A stretch of DNA of 64,000 nt from Laetmonice hystrix. Taxonomy: Eukaryota. Below are positions 9,601 through 21,401 of this stretch, piece by piece. The notes below the pieces were generated by a model. It worked only from the letters and a program-made list of their open reading frames with translations. It ran no database searches and was not told the DNA's origin. Location of the stretch: the NCBI GenBank assembly GCA_965235115.1, contig OZ249436.1, forward strand, positions 47,184,001 to 47,248,000, in the 5' to 3' direction. The stretch's first letter is position 1. The number at the start of each line of letters is the position of its first letter. Both the position numbers and the translations under genes were made by a program.

Positions 9601-12600
9601 TGCTAGGCCAGCCAGTATACCATGTAGCGATTCCTCCCCGTACTGTTTGGCAAGAGTAGCCAGTAGTATAGGGACGCCTCATGTTTCAGTTTCCATGCCT
9701 TTATTGTCCAGGAGGCAGGCCATCCGTTTCGTCTATCATCTACTCCCATCTAATCTGTGTCCCCTACATACCATCTGTAAGCGTCCGACAACGTTGTCAG
9801 GCCGTCCCAATGACTCTTTGCCGTCAAGGTTTAGTTAACAATGGCAAATGACGTTGAACGCCTATTCTATATCAGATATCCCATCCCCACGTAACAAACA
9901 AACAAAGGATGATTACCCAGAGATATTGCCGGCAGAAAACACCAGGGTGCAGCTGACGGCGCTGACTGCACTGCCGCCTTCCGGCCAGCGGTGGAATCAC
10001 CACGTACACCTCGCCGGGCTGGCAGGCACCTGTGGCCCTGAGGCGAGAGACAGGTTAAAGCAACGATAAGCGAAACATTTCTACATTTGTGTACGTCAAA
10101 TTGAATGTACGGCCCCCAAAATTATTATTCTTAGGCCAGATGTATAATTGTCAAGCGTATAGGTCTCGTACGTTCGCTACAGATATATGGTTGTGATGTG
10201 TACACTTCCCATTTGAGTATCTTCTCCTGATTTTAACATTAGATCCTCCTCGCCTGTACCTTTCATTTTCACTACCTCACTGTAGTGTTTGCATGGCTAC
10301 TATAGGCCAGCTGGTAAGTTGTAGGGATTTCTCACTCTACTGGTTGGCCTCCCACACTGCTTGGCTCCATAGTGTACTCACTGTACTCTTTGGCCTCACT
10401 GTAGTGTTCGTTTGGGTGCTAAGCCAGCCAGTATACCATGTAGCGATTCCTCCCCGTACTGTTTGGCCTCCCTGTACCGTTTGCTTGTATACAAGAGTAG
10501 CCAGTAGTATAGGGACGCCTCATGTTTCAGTTTCCATGCCTTTATTGTCCAGGAGGCAGGCCATCCGTTTCGTCTATCATCTACTCCCATCTAATCTGTG
10601 TCCCCTACATACCATCTGTAAGCGTCCGACAACGTTGTCAGGCCGTCCCAATGACTGTTTGCCGTCAAGGTTTAGTTAACAATGGCAAATGACGTTGAAC
10701 GCCTATTCTATATCAGATATCCCATCCCCAAGTAACAAACAAACAAAGGATGATTACCCAGAGATATTGCCGGCAGAAAACACCAGGGTGCAGCTGACGG
10801 CGCTGACTGCACTGCCGCCTTCCGGCCAGCGGTGGAATCACCACGTAAACCTCGCCGGGCTGGCAGGCACCTGTGGCCCTGAGGCGAGAGACAGGTTAAA
10901 GCAACGATAAGCGAAACATTTCTACATTTTTGTAAGTCAAATTGAATGTACGGCCCCCAAAATTATTATTCTTAGGCCAGATGTATAATTGTCAAGCGTA
11001 TAGGTCTCGTACGTTCGCTACAGATATATGGTTGTGATGTGTACACTTCCCATTTGAGTATCTTCTCCTGATTTTAACATTAGATGCTCCTCGCCTGTAC
11101 CTTTCATTTTCACTACCTCACTGTAGTGTTTGCATGGCTACTATAGGCCAGCTGGTAAGTTGTAGGGACTTCTCACTCGACTGGTTGGCCTCCCACACTG
11201 CTTGGCTCCATAGTGTACTCACTGTACTCTTTGGCCTCACTGTAGTGTTCGTTTGGGTGCTAAGCCAGCCAGTATACCATGTAGCGATTCCTCCCCGTAC
11301 TGTTTGGCCTCCCTGTACCGTTTGCTTGTATACAAGAGTAGCCAGTAGTATAGGGACGCCTCATGTTTCAGTTTCCATGCCTTTATTGTCCAGGAGGCAG
11401 GCCATCCGTTTCGTCTATCATCTACTCCCATCTAATCTGTGTCCCCTACATACCATCTGTAAGCGTCCGACAACGTTGTCAGGTCGTCCCAATGACTGTT
11501 TGCCGTCAAGGTTTAGTTAACAATGGCAAATGACGTTGAACGCCTATTCTATATCAGATATCCTATCCCCAAGTAACAAACAAACAAAGGATGATTACCC
11601 AGAGATATTGCCGGCAGAAAACACCAGGGTGCAGCTGACGGCGCTGACTGCACTGCCGCCTTCCGGCCAGCGGTGGAATCACCACGTACACCTGGCCGGG
11701 CTGGCAGGCACCTGTGGCCCTGAAGCGAGAGACAGGTTAAAGCAATGATAAGCAAAAAATGGCTACATTTTTGATACGTCAAATTGAAAGTACGGCCCCC
11801 AAAATTATTATTCTTAGGCCAGATGTATAATTGTCAAGCGTATAGGTCTCGTACGTTCGCTACAGATATATGGTTGTGATGTGTACACTTCCCATTTGAG
11901 TATCTTCTCCTGATTTTAACATTAGATGCTCCTCGCCTGTACCTTTCATTTTCACTACCTCACTGTAGTGTTTGCATGGCTACTATAGGCCAGCTGGTAA
12001 GTTGTAGGGACTTCTCACTCTACTGGTTGGCCTCCCACACTGCTTGGCCCCATAGTGTACTGTTTGGCCTCACTGTACTGTTTGGCCTCACTGTAGTGTT
12101 CGTTTGGGTGCTAGGCCAGCCAGTATACCTTGTAGCGATTCCTCCCCGTACTGTTTGGCAAGAGTAGCCAGTAGTATAGGGACGCCTCATGTTTCAGTTT
12201 CCATGCCTTTATTGTCCAGGAGGCAGGCCATCCGTTTCGTCTATCATCTACTCCCATCTAATCTGTGTCCCCTACATACCATCTGTAAGCGTCCGACAAC
12301 GTTGTCAGGCCGTCCCAATGACTCTTTGCCGTCAAGGTTTAGTTAACAATGGCAAATGACGTTGAACGCCTATTCTATATCAGATATCCCATCCCCAAGT
12401 AACAAACAAACAAAGGATGATTACCCAGAGATATTGCCGGCAGAAAACACCAGGGTGCAGCTGACGGCGCTGACTGCACTGCCGCCTTCCGGCCAGCGGT
12501 GGAATCACCACGTACACCTCGCCGGGCTGGCAGGCACCTGTGGCCCTGAGGCGAGAGACAGGTTAAAGCAACGATAAGCGAAACATTTCTACATTTTTGT

Positions 12601-15600
12601 ACGTCAAATTGAATGTACGGCCCCCAAAATTATTATTCTTAGGCCAGATGTATAATTGTCAAGCGTATAGGTCTCGTACGTTCGCTACAGATATATGGTT
12701 GTGATGTGTACACTTCCCATTTGAGTATCTTCTCCTGATTTTAACATTAGATCCTCCTCGCCTGTACCTTTCATTTTCACTACCTCACTGTAGTGTTTGC
12801 ATGGCTACTATAGGCCAGCTGGTAAGTTGTAGGGACTTCTCACTCTACTGGTTGGCCTCCCACACTGCTTGGCTCCATAGTGTACTCACTGTACTCTTTG
12901 GCCTCACTGTAGTGTTCGTTTGGGTGCTAAGCCAGCCAGTGTACCTTGTAGCGATTCCTCCCCGTACTGTTTGGCCTCCCTGTACCGTTTGCTTGTATAC
13001 AAGAGTAGCCAGTAGTATAGGGACGCCTCATGTTTCAGTTTCCATGCCTTTATTGTCCAGGAGGCAGGCCATCCATTTCGTCTATCATCTACTCCCATCT
13101 AATCTGTGTCCCCTACATACCATCTGTAAGCGTCCGACAACGTTGTCAGGTCGTCCCAATGACTGTTTGCCGTCAAGGTTTAGTTAACAATGGCAAATGA
13201 CGTTGAACGCCTATTCTATATCAGATATCCCATCCCCAAGTAACAAACAAACAAAAGATGATTACCCAGAGATATTGCCGGCAGAAAACACCAGGGTGCA
13301 GCTGACGGCGCTGACTGCACTTCCGCCTTCCGGCCAGCGGTGGAATCACCACGTACACCTGGCCGGGCTGGCAGGCACCTGTGGCCCTGAAGCGAGAGAC
13401 AGGTTAAAGCAATGATAAGCAAAAAATGACTACATTTTTCATACGTCAAATTGAAAGTACGGCCCCCAAAATTATTATTCTTAGGCCAGATGTATAATTG
13501 TCAAGCGTATAGGTCTCGTACGTTCGCTACAGATATATGGTTGTGATGTGTACACTTCCCATTTGAGTATCTTCTCCTGATTTTAACATTAGATCCTCCT
13601 CGCCGGTACCTTTCATTTTCACTACCTCACTGTAGTGTTTGCATGGCTACTATAGGCCAGCTGATAAGTTGTAGGGATTTCTCACTCTACTGGTTGGCCT
13701 CCCACACTGCTTGGCTCCATAGTGTACTCACTGTACTCTTTGGCCTCACTGTAGTGTTCGTTTGGATGCTAGGCCAGCCAGTATACCATGTAGCGATTCC
13801 TCCCCGTACTGTTTGGCAAGAGTAGCCAGTAGTATAGGGACGCCTCATGTTTCAGTTTCCATGCCTTTATTGTCCAGGAGGCAGGCCATCCGTTTCGTCT
13901 ATCATCTACTCCCATCTAATCTGTGTCCCCTACATACCATCTGTAAGCGTCCGACAACGTTATCAAGCCGTCCCAATGACTCTTTGCCGTCAAGGTTTAG
14001 TTAACAATGGCAAATGACGTTGAACGCCTATTCTATATCAGATATCCCATCCCCAAGTAACAAACAAACAAAGGATGATTACCCAGAGATATTGCCGGCA
14101 GAAAACACCAGGGTGCAGCTGACGGCGCTGACTGCACTGCCGCCTTCCGGCCAGCGGTGGAATCACCACGTACACCTCGCCGGGCTGGCAGGCACATGTG
14201 GCCCTGAGGCGAGAGACAGGTTAAAGCAACGATAAGCGAAACATTTCTACATTTTTGTACGTCAAATTGAATGTACGGCCCCCAAAATTATTATTCTTAG
14301 GCCAGATGTATAATTGTCAAGCGTATAGGTCTCGTACGTTCGCTACAGATATATGGTTGTGATGTGTACACTTCCCATTTGAGTATCTTCTCCTGATTTT
14401 AACATTAGATCCTCCTCGCCTGTACCTTTCATTTTCACTTCCTCACTGTAGTGTTTGCATGGCTACTATAGGCCAGCTGGTAAGTTGTAGGGACTTCTCA
14501 CTCTACTGGTTGGCCTCCCACACTGCTTGGCTCCATAGTGTACTCACTGTACTCTTTGGCCTCACTGTTGTGTTCGTTTGGGTGCTAAGCCAGCCAGTAT
14601 ACCATGTAGCGATTAATCCCCGTACTGTTTGGCCTCCCTGTACCGTTTGCTTGTATACAAGAGTAGCCAGTAGTATAGGGACGCCTCATGTTTCAGTTTC
14701 CATGCCTTTATTGTCCAGGAGGCAGGCCATCCGTTTCGTCTATCATCTACTCCCATCTAATCTGTGTCCCCTACATACCATCTGTAAGCGTCCGACAACG
14801 TTGTCAGATCGTCCCAATGACTGTTTGCCGTCAAGGTTTAGTTAACAATGGCAAATGACGTTGAACGCCTATTCTATATCAGATATCCCATCCCCAAGTA
14901 ACAAACAAACAAAGGATGATTACCCAGAGATATTGCCGGCAGAAAACACCAGGGTGCAGCTGACGGCGCTGACTGCACTGCCGCCTTCCGGCCAGCGGTG
15001 GAATCACCACGTACACCTCGCCGGGCTGGCAGGCACCTGTGGCCCTGAGGCGAGAGACAGGTTAAAGCAACGATAAGCGAAACATTTCTACATTTGTGTA
15101 CGTCAAATTGAATGTACGGCCCCCAAAATTATTATTCTTAGGCCAGATGTATAATTGTCAAGCGTATAGGTCTCGTACGTTCGCTACAGATATATGGTTG
15201 TGATGTGTACACTTCCCATTTGAGTATCTTCTCCTGATTTTAACATTAGATCCTCCTCGCCTGTACCTTTCATTTTCACTACCTCACTGTAGTGTTTGCA
15301 TGGCTACTATAGGCCAGCTGGTAAGTTGTAGGGATTTCTCACTCTACTGGTTGGCCTCCCACACTGCTTGGCTCCATAGTGTACTCACTGTACTCTTTGG
15401 CCTCACTGTAGTGTTCGTTTGGGTGCTAAGCCAGCCAGTATACCATGTAGCGATTCCTCCCCGTACTGTTTGGCCTCCCTGTACCGTTTGCTTGTATGCA
15501 AGAGTAGCCAGTAGTATAGGGACGCCTCATGTTTCAGTTTCCATGCCTTTATTGTCCAGGAGGCAGGCCATCCGTTTCGTCTATCATCTACTCCCATCTA

Positions 15601-17807
15601 ATCTGTGTCCCCTACATACCATCTGTAAGCGTCCGACAACGTTGTCAGGCCGTCCCAATGACTGTTTGCCGTCAAGGTTTAGTTAACAATGGCAAATGAC
15701 GTTGAACGCCTATTCTATATCAGATATCCCATCAACAAGTAACAAACAAACAAAGGATGATTACCCAGAGATATTGCCGGCAGAAAACACCAGGGTGCAG
15801 CTGACGGCGCTGACTGCACTGCCGCCTTCCGGCCAGCGGTGGAATCACCACGTAAACCTCGCCGGGCTGGCAGGCACCTGTGGCCCTGAGGCGAGAGACA
15901 GGTTAAAGCAACGATAAGCGAAACATTTCTACATTTTTGTAAGTCAAATTGAATGTACGGCCCCCAAAATTATTATTCTTAGGCCAGATGTATAATTGTC
16001 AAGCGTATAGGTCTCGTACGTTCGCTACAGATATATGGTTGTGATGTGTACACTTCCCATTTGAGTATCTTCTCCTGATTTTAACATTAGATGCTCCTCG
16101 CCTGTACCTTTCATTTTCACTACCTCACTGTAGTGTTTGCATGGCTACTATAGGCCAGCTGGTAAGTTGTAGGGACTTCTCACTCGACTGGTTGGCCTCC
16201 CACACTGCTTGGCTCCATAGTGTACTCACTGTACTCTTTGGCCTCACTGTAGTGTTCGTTTGGGTGCTAAGCCAGCCAGTATACCATGTAGCGATTCCTC
16301 CCCGTACTGTTTGGCCTCCCTGTACCGTTTGCTTGTATACAAGAGTAGCCAGTAGTATAGGGACGCCTCATGTTTCAGTTTCCATGCCTTTATTGTCCAG
16401 GAGGCAGGCCATCCGTTTCGTCTATCATCTACTCCCATCTAATCTGTGTCCCCTACATACCATCTGTAAGCGTCCGACAACGTTGTCAGGTCGTCCCAAT
16501 GACTGTTTGCCGTCAAGGTTTAGTTAACAATGGCAAATGACGTTGAACGCCTATTCTATATCAGATATCCTATCCCCAAGTAACAAACAAACAAAGGATG
16601 ATTACCCAGAGATATTGCCGGCAGAAAACACCAGGGTGCAGCTGACGGCGCTGACTGCACTGCCGCCTTCCGGCCAGCGGTGGAATCACCACGTACACCT
16701 GGCCGGGCTGGCAGGCACCTGTGGCCCTGAAGCGAGAGACAGGTTAAAGCAATGATAAGCAAAAAATGGCTACATTTTTGATACGTCAAATTGAAAGTAC
16801 GGCCCCCAAAATTATTATTCTTAGGCCAGATGTATAATTGTCAAGCGTATAGGTCTCGTACGTTCGCTACAGATATATGGTTGTGATGTGTACACTTCCC
16901 ATTTGAGTATCTTCTCCTGATTTTAACATTAGATGCTCCTCGCCTGTACCTTTCATTTTCACTACCTCACTGTAGTGTTTGCATGGCTACTATAGGCCAG
17001 CTGGTAAGTTGTAGGGACTTCTCACTCTACTGGTTGGCCTCCCACACTGCTTGGCCCCATAGTGTACTGTTTGGCCTCACTGTACTGTTTGGCCTCACTG
17101 TAGTGTTCGTTTGGGTGCTAGGCCAGCCAGTATACCTTGTAGCGATTCCTCCCCGTACTGTTTGGCAAGAGTAGCCAGTAGTATAGGGACGCCCCATGTT
17201 TCAGTTTCCATGCCTTTATTGTCTAGGAGGCAGGCCATCCGTTTCGTCTATCATCTACTCCCATCTAATCTGTGTCCCCTACATACCATCTGTAAGCGTC
17301 CGACAACGTTGTCAGGCCGTCCCAATGACTGTTTGCCGTCAAGGTTTAGTTAACAATGGCAAATGACGTTGAACGCCTATTCTATATCAGATATCCCATC
17401 CCCAAGTAACAAACAAACAAAGGATGATTACCCAGAGATATTGCCGGCAGAAAACACCAGGGTGCAGCTGACGGCGCTGACTGCACTGCCGCCTTCCGGC
17501 CAGCGGTGGAATCACCACGTACACCTCGCCGGGCTGGCAGGCACCTGTGGCCCTGAGGCGAGAGACAGGTTAAAGCAACGATAAGCGAAACATTTCTACA
17601 TTTTTGTACGTCAAATTGAATGTACGGCCCCCAAAATTATTATTCTTAGGCCAGATGTATAATTGTCAAGCGTATAGGTCTCGTACGTTCGCTACAGATA
17701 TATGGTTGTGATGTGTACACTTCCCATTTGAGTATCTTCTCCTGATTTTAACATTAGATCCTCCTCACCTGTACCTTTCATTTTCACTACCTCACTGTAG
17801 TGTTTGC
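3628..17807. repeat. Higher-order repeat domain with 6-mer (5007 bp) and 5-mer (4166 bp) periods
   Basis: Variant-typed monomers recur at 3628/8635 and 4470/9477 (5007), at 6127/10293, 6968/11134, 7810/11976, 8635/12801 and 9477/13643 (4166), and at 10293/15300, 11134/16141 and 11976/16983 (5007). Confidence 0.88.
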
Positions 17808-20800
17808 ATGGCTACTATAGGCCAGCTGGTAAGTTGTAGGGATTTCTCACTCTACTGGTTGGCCTCCCACACTGCTTGGCTCCATAGTGTACTCACTGTA
17901 CTCTTTGGCCTCACTGTAGTGTTCGTTTGGGTGCTAAGCCAGCCAGTATACCATGTAGCGATTCCTCCCCGTACTGTTTGGCCTCCCTGTACCGTTTGCT
18001 TGTATACAAGAGTAGCCAGTAGTATAGGGACGCCTCATGTTTCAGTTTCCATGCCTTTATTGTCCAGGAGGCAGGCCATCCGTTTCGTCTATCATCTACT
18101 CCCATCTAATCTGTGTCCCCTACATACCATCTGTAAGCGTCCGACAACGTTGTCAGATCGTCCCAATGACTGTTTGCCGTCAAGGTTTAGTTAACAATGG
18201 CAAATGACGTTGAACGCCTATTCTATATCAGATATCCCATCCCCACGTAACAAACAAACAAAGGATGATTACCCAGAGATATTGCCGGCAGAAAACACCA
18301 GGGTGCAGCTGACGGCGCTGACTGCACTGCCGCCTTCCGGCCAGCGGTGGAATCACCACGTACACCTGGCCGGGCTGGCAGGCACCTGTGGCCCTGAAGC
18401 GAGAGACAGGTTAAAGCAATGATAAGCAAAAAATGACTACATTTTTGATACGTCAAATTGAAAGTACGGCCCCCAAAATTATTATTCTTAGGCCAGATGT
18501 ATAATTGTCAAGCGTATAGGTCTCGTACGTTCGCTACAGATATATGGTTGTGATGTGTACACTTCCCATTTGAGTATCTTCTCCTGATTTTAACATTAGA
18601 TGCTCCTCGCCTGTACCTTTCATTTTCACTACCTCACTGTAGTGTTTGCATGGCTACTATAGGCCAGCTGGTAAGTTGTAGGGACTTCTCACTCTACTGG
18701 TTGGCCTCCCACACTGCTTGGCCCCATAGTGTACTGTTTGGCCTCACTGTACTGTTTGGCCTCACTGTAGTGTTCGTTTGGGTGCTAGGCCAGCCAGTAT
18801 ACCTTGTAGCGATTCCTCCCCGTACTGTTTGGCAAGAGTAGCCAGTAGTATAGGGACGCCTCATGTTTCAGTTTCCATGCCTTTATTGTCTAGGAGGCAG
18901 GCCATCCGTTTCGTCTATCATCTACTCCCATCTAATCTGTGTCCCCTACATACCATCTGTAAGCGTCCGACAACGTTGTCAGGCCGTCCCAATGACTGTT
19001 TGCCGTCAAGGTTTAGTTAACAATGGCAAATGACGTTGAACGCCTATTCTATATCAGATATCCCATCCCCAAGTAACAAACAAACAAAGGATGATTACCC
19101 AGAGATATTGCCGGCAGAAAACACCAGGGTGCAGCTGACGGCGCTGACTGCACTGCCGCCTTCCGGCCAGCGGTGGAATCACCACGTACACCTCGCCGGG
19201 CTGGCAGGCACCTGTGGCCCTGAGGCGAGAGACAGGTTAAAGCAACGATAAGCGAAACATTTCTACATTTTTGTACGTCAAATTGAATGTACGGCCCCCA
19301 AAATTATTATTCTTAGGCCAGATGTATAATTGTCAAGCGTATAGGTCTCGTACGTTCGCTACAGATATATGGTTGTGATGTGTACACTTCCCATTTGAGT
19401 ATCTTCTCCTGATTTTAACATTAGATCCTCCTCACCTGTACCTTTCATTTTCACTACCTCACTGTAGTGTTTGCATGGCTACTATAGGCCAGCTGGTAAG
19501 TTGTAGGGATTTCTCACTCTACTGGTTGGCCTCCCACACTGCTTGGCTCCATAGTGTACTCACTGTACTCTTTGGCCTCACTGTAGTGTTCGTTTGGGTG
19601 CTAAGCCAGCCAGTATACCATGTAGCGATTCCTCCCCGTACTGTTTGGCCTCCCTGTACCGTTTGCTTGTATACAAGAGTAGCCAGTAGTATAGGGACGC
19701 CTCATGTTTCAGTTTCCATGCCTTTATTGTCCAGGAGGCAGGCCATCCGTTTCGTCTATCATCTACTCCCATCTAATCTGTGTCCCCTACATACCATCTG
19801 TAAGCGTCCGACAACGTTGTCAGATCGTCCCAATGACTGTTTGCCGTCAAGGTTTAGTTAACAATGGCAAATGACGTTGAACGCCTATTCTATATCAGAT
19901 ATCCCATCCCCACGTAACAAACAAACAAAGGATGATTACCCAGAGATATTGCCGGCAGAAAACACCAGGGTGCAGCTGACGGCGCTGACTGCACTGCCGC
20001 CTTCCGGCCAGCGGTGGAATCACCACGTACACCTCGCCGGGCTGGCAGGCACCTGTGGCCCTGAGGCGAGAGACAGGTTAAAGCAACGATAAGCGAAACA
20101 TTTCTACATTTGTGTACGTCAAATTGAATGTACGGCCCCCAAAATTATTATTCTTAGGCCAGATGTATAATTGTCAAGCGTATAGGTCTCGTACGTTCGC
20201 TACAGATATATGGTTGTGATGTGTACACTTCCCATTTGAGTATCTTCTCCTGATTTTAACATTAGATGCTCCTCGCCTGTACCTTTCATTTTCACTACCT
20301 CACTGTAGTGTTTGCATGGCTACTATAGGCCAGCTGGTAAGTTGTAGGGATTTCTCACTCTACTGGTTGGCCTCCCACACTGCTTGGCTCCATAGTGTAC
20401 TCACTGTACTCTTTGGCCTCACTGTAGTGTTCGTTTGGGTGCTAAGCCAGCCAGTATACCATGTAGCGATTCCTCCCCGTACTGTTTGGCCTCCCTGTAC
20501 CGTTTGCTTGTATACAAGAGTAGCCAGTAGTATAGGAACGCCTCATGTTTCAGTTTCCATGCCTTTATTGTCCAGGAGGCAGGCCATCCGTTTCGTCTAT
20601 CATCTACTCCCATCTAATCTGTGTCCCCTACATACCATCTGTAAGCGTCCGACAACGTTGTCAGGTCGTCCCAATGACTGTTTGCCGTCAAGGTTTAGTT
20701 AACAATATCAAATGACGTTGAACGCCTATTCTATATCAGATATCCCATCCCCAAGTAACAAACAAACAAAAGATGATTACCCAGAGATATTGCCGGCAGA

Positions 20801-21258
20801 AAACACCAGGGTGCAGCTGACGGCGCTGACTGCACTGCCGCCTTCCGGCCAGCGGTGGAATCACCACGTACACCTGGCCGGGCTGGCAGGCACCTGTGGC
20901 CCTGAAGCGAGAGACAGGTTAAAGCAATGATAAGCAAAAAATGGCTACATTTTTGATACGTCAAATTGAAAGTACGGCCCCCAAAATTATTATTCTTAGG
21001 CCAGATGTATAATTGTCAAGCGTATAGGTCTCGTACGTTCGCTACAGATATATGGTTGTGATGTGTACACTTCCCATTTGAGTATCTTCTCCTGATTTTA
21101 ACATTAGATGCTCCTCGCCTGTACCTTTCATTTTCACTACCTCACTGTAGTGTTTGCATGGCTACTATAGGCCAGCTGGTAAGTTGTAGGGACTTCTCAC
21201 TCTACTGGTTGGCCTCCCACACTGCTTGGCCCCATAGTGTACTGTTTGGCCTCACTGT

Positions 21259-21401
21259 ATTTTTCTTTTGAAATGCACGGGCATCAGGGGTAACCCAATT
21301 ACTTTGACAATGTCCCTAAAGAGAAAAGTTGTATAGTCCTCTACAGGAATCGAACCCAGGCCCTAAGATTACTGCACCCATTCGCATAGCATAAGGTGTC
21401 G
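21259..21401 (-). mobile_element. 143-bp insertion, probable tRNA-derived SINE (short or 5'-degenerate)
   Basis: This monomer is 968 bp versus 825 bp for its class, and the extra sequence occurs nowhere else in the window. The minus strand reads CGACACC...CCTGGGTTCGATTCCTG...CATTTCAAAAGAAAAA, giving a B box and an A-rich 3' end. It is flanked by ACTGTTTGGCCTCACTGTA at 21241-21259 and 21402-21420. The insertion itself is certain; the SINE identity is inferred. Confidence 0.75.
21346..21356 (-). promoter_or_regulatory. RNA polymerase III internal promoter B box within the insertion
   Basis: Plus-strand GGAATCGAACC equals minus-strand GGTTCGATTCC, an exact match to the GGTTCGANNCC consensus. 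Only a weak A-box-like sequence (TGCTATGCGAATGG, 21391-21378) lies upstream. Confidence 0.75.

Noticed and set aside
21330..21401. Functional tRNA gene
   Set aside because: Only the T-loop/B box is intact. I cannot build acceptor, D or anticodon stems, and the A-box spacing is too short.
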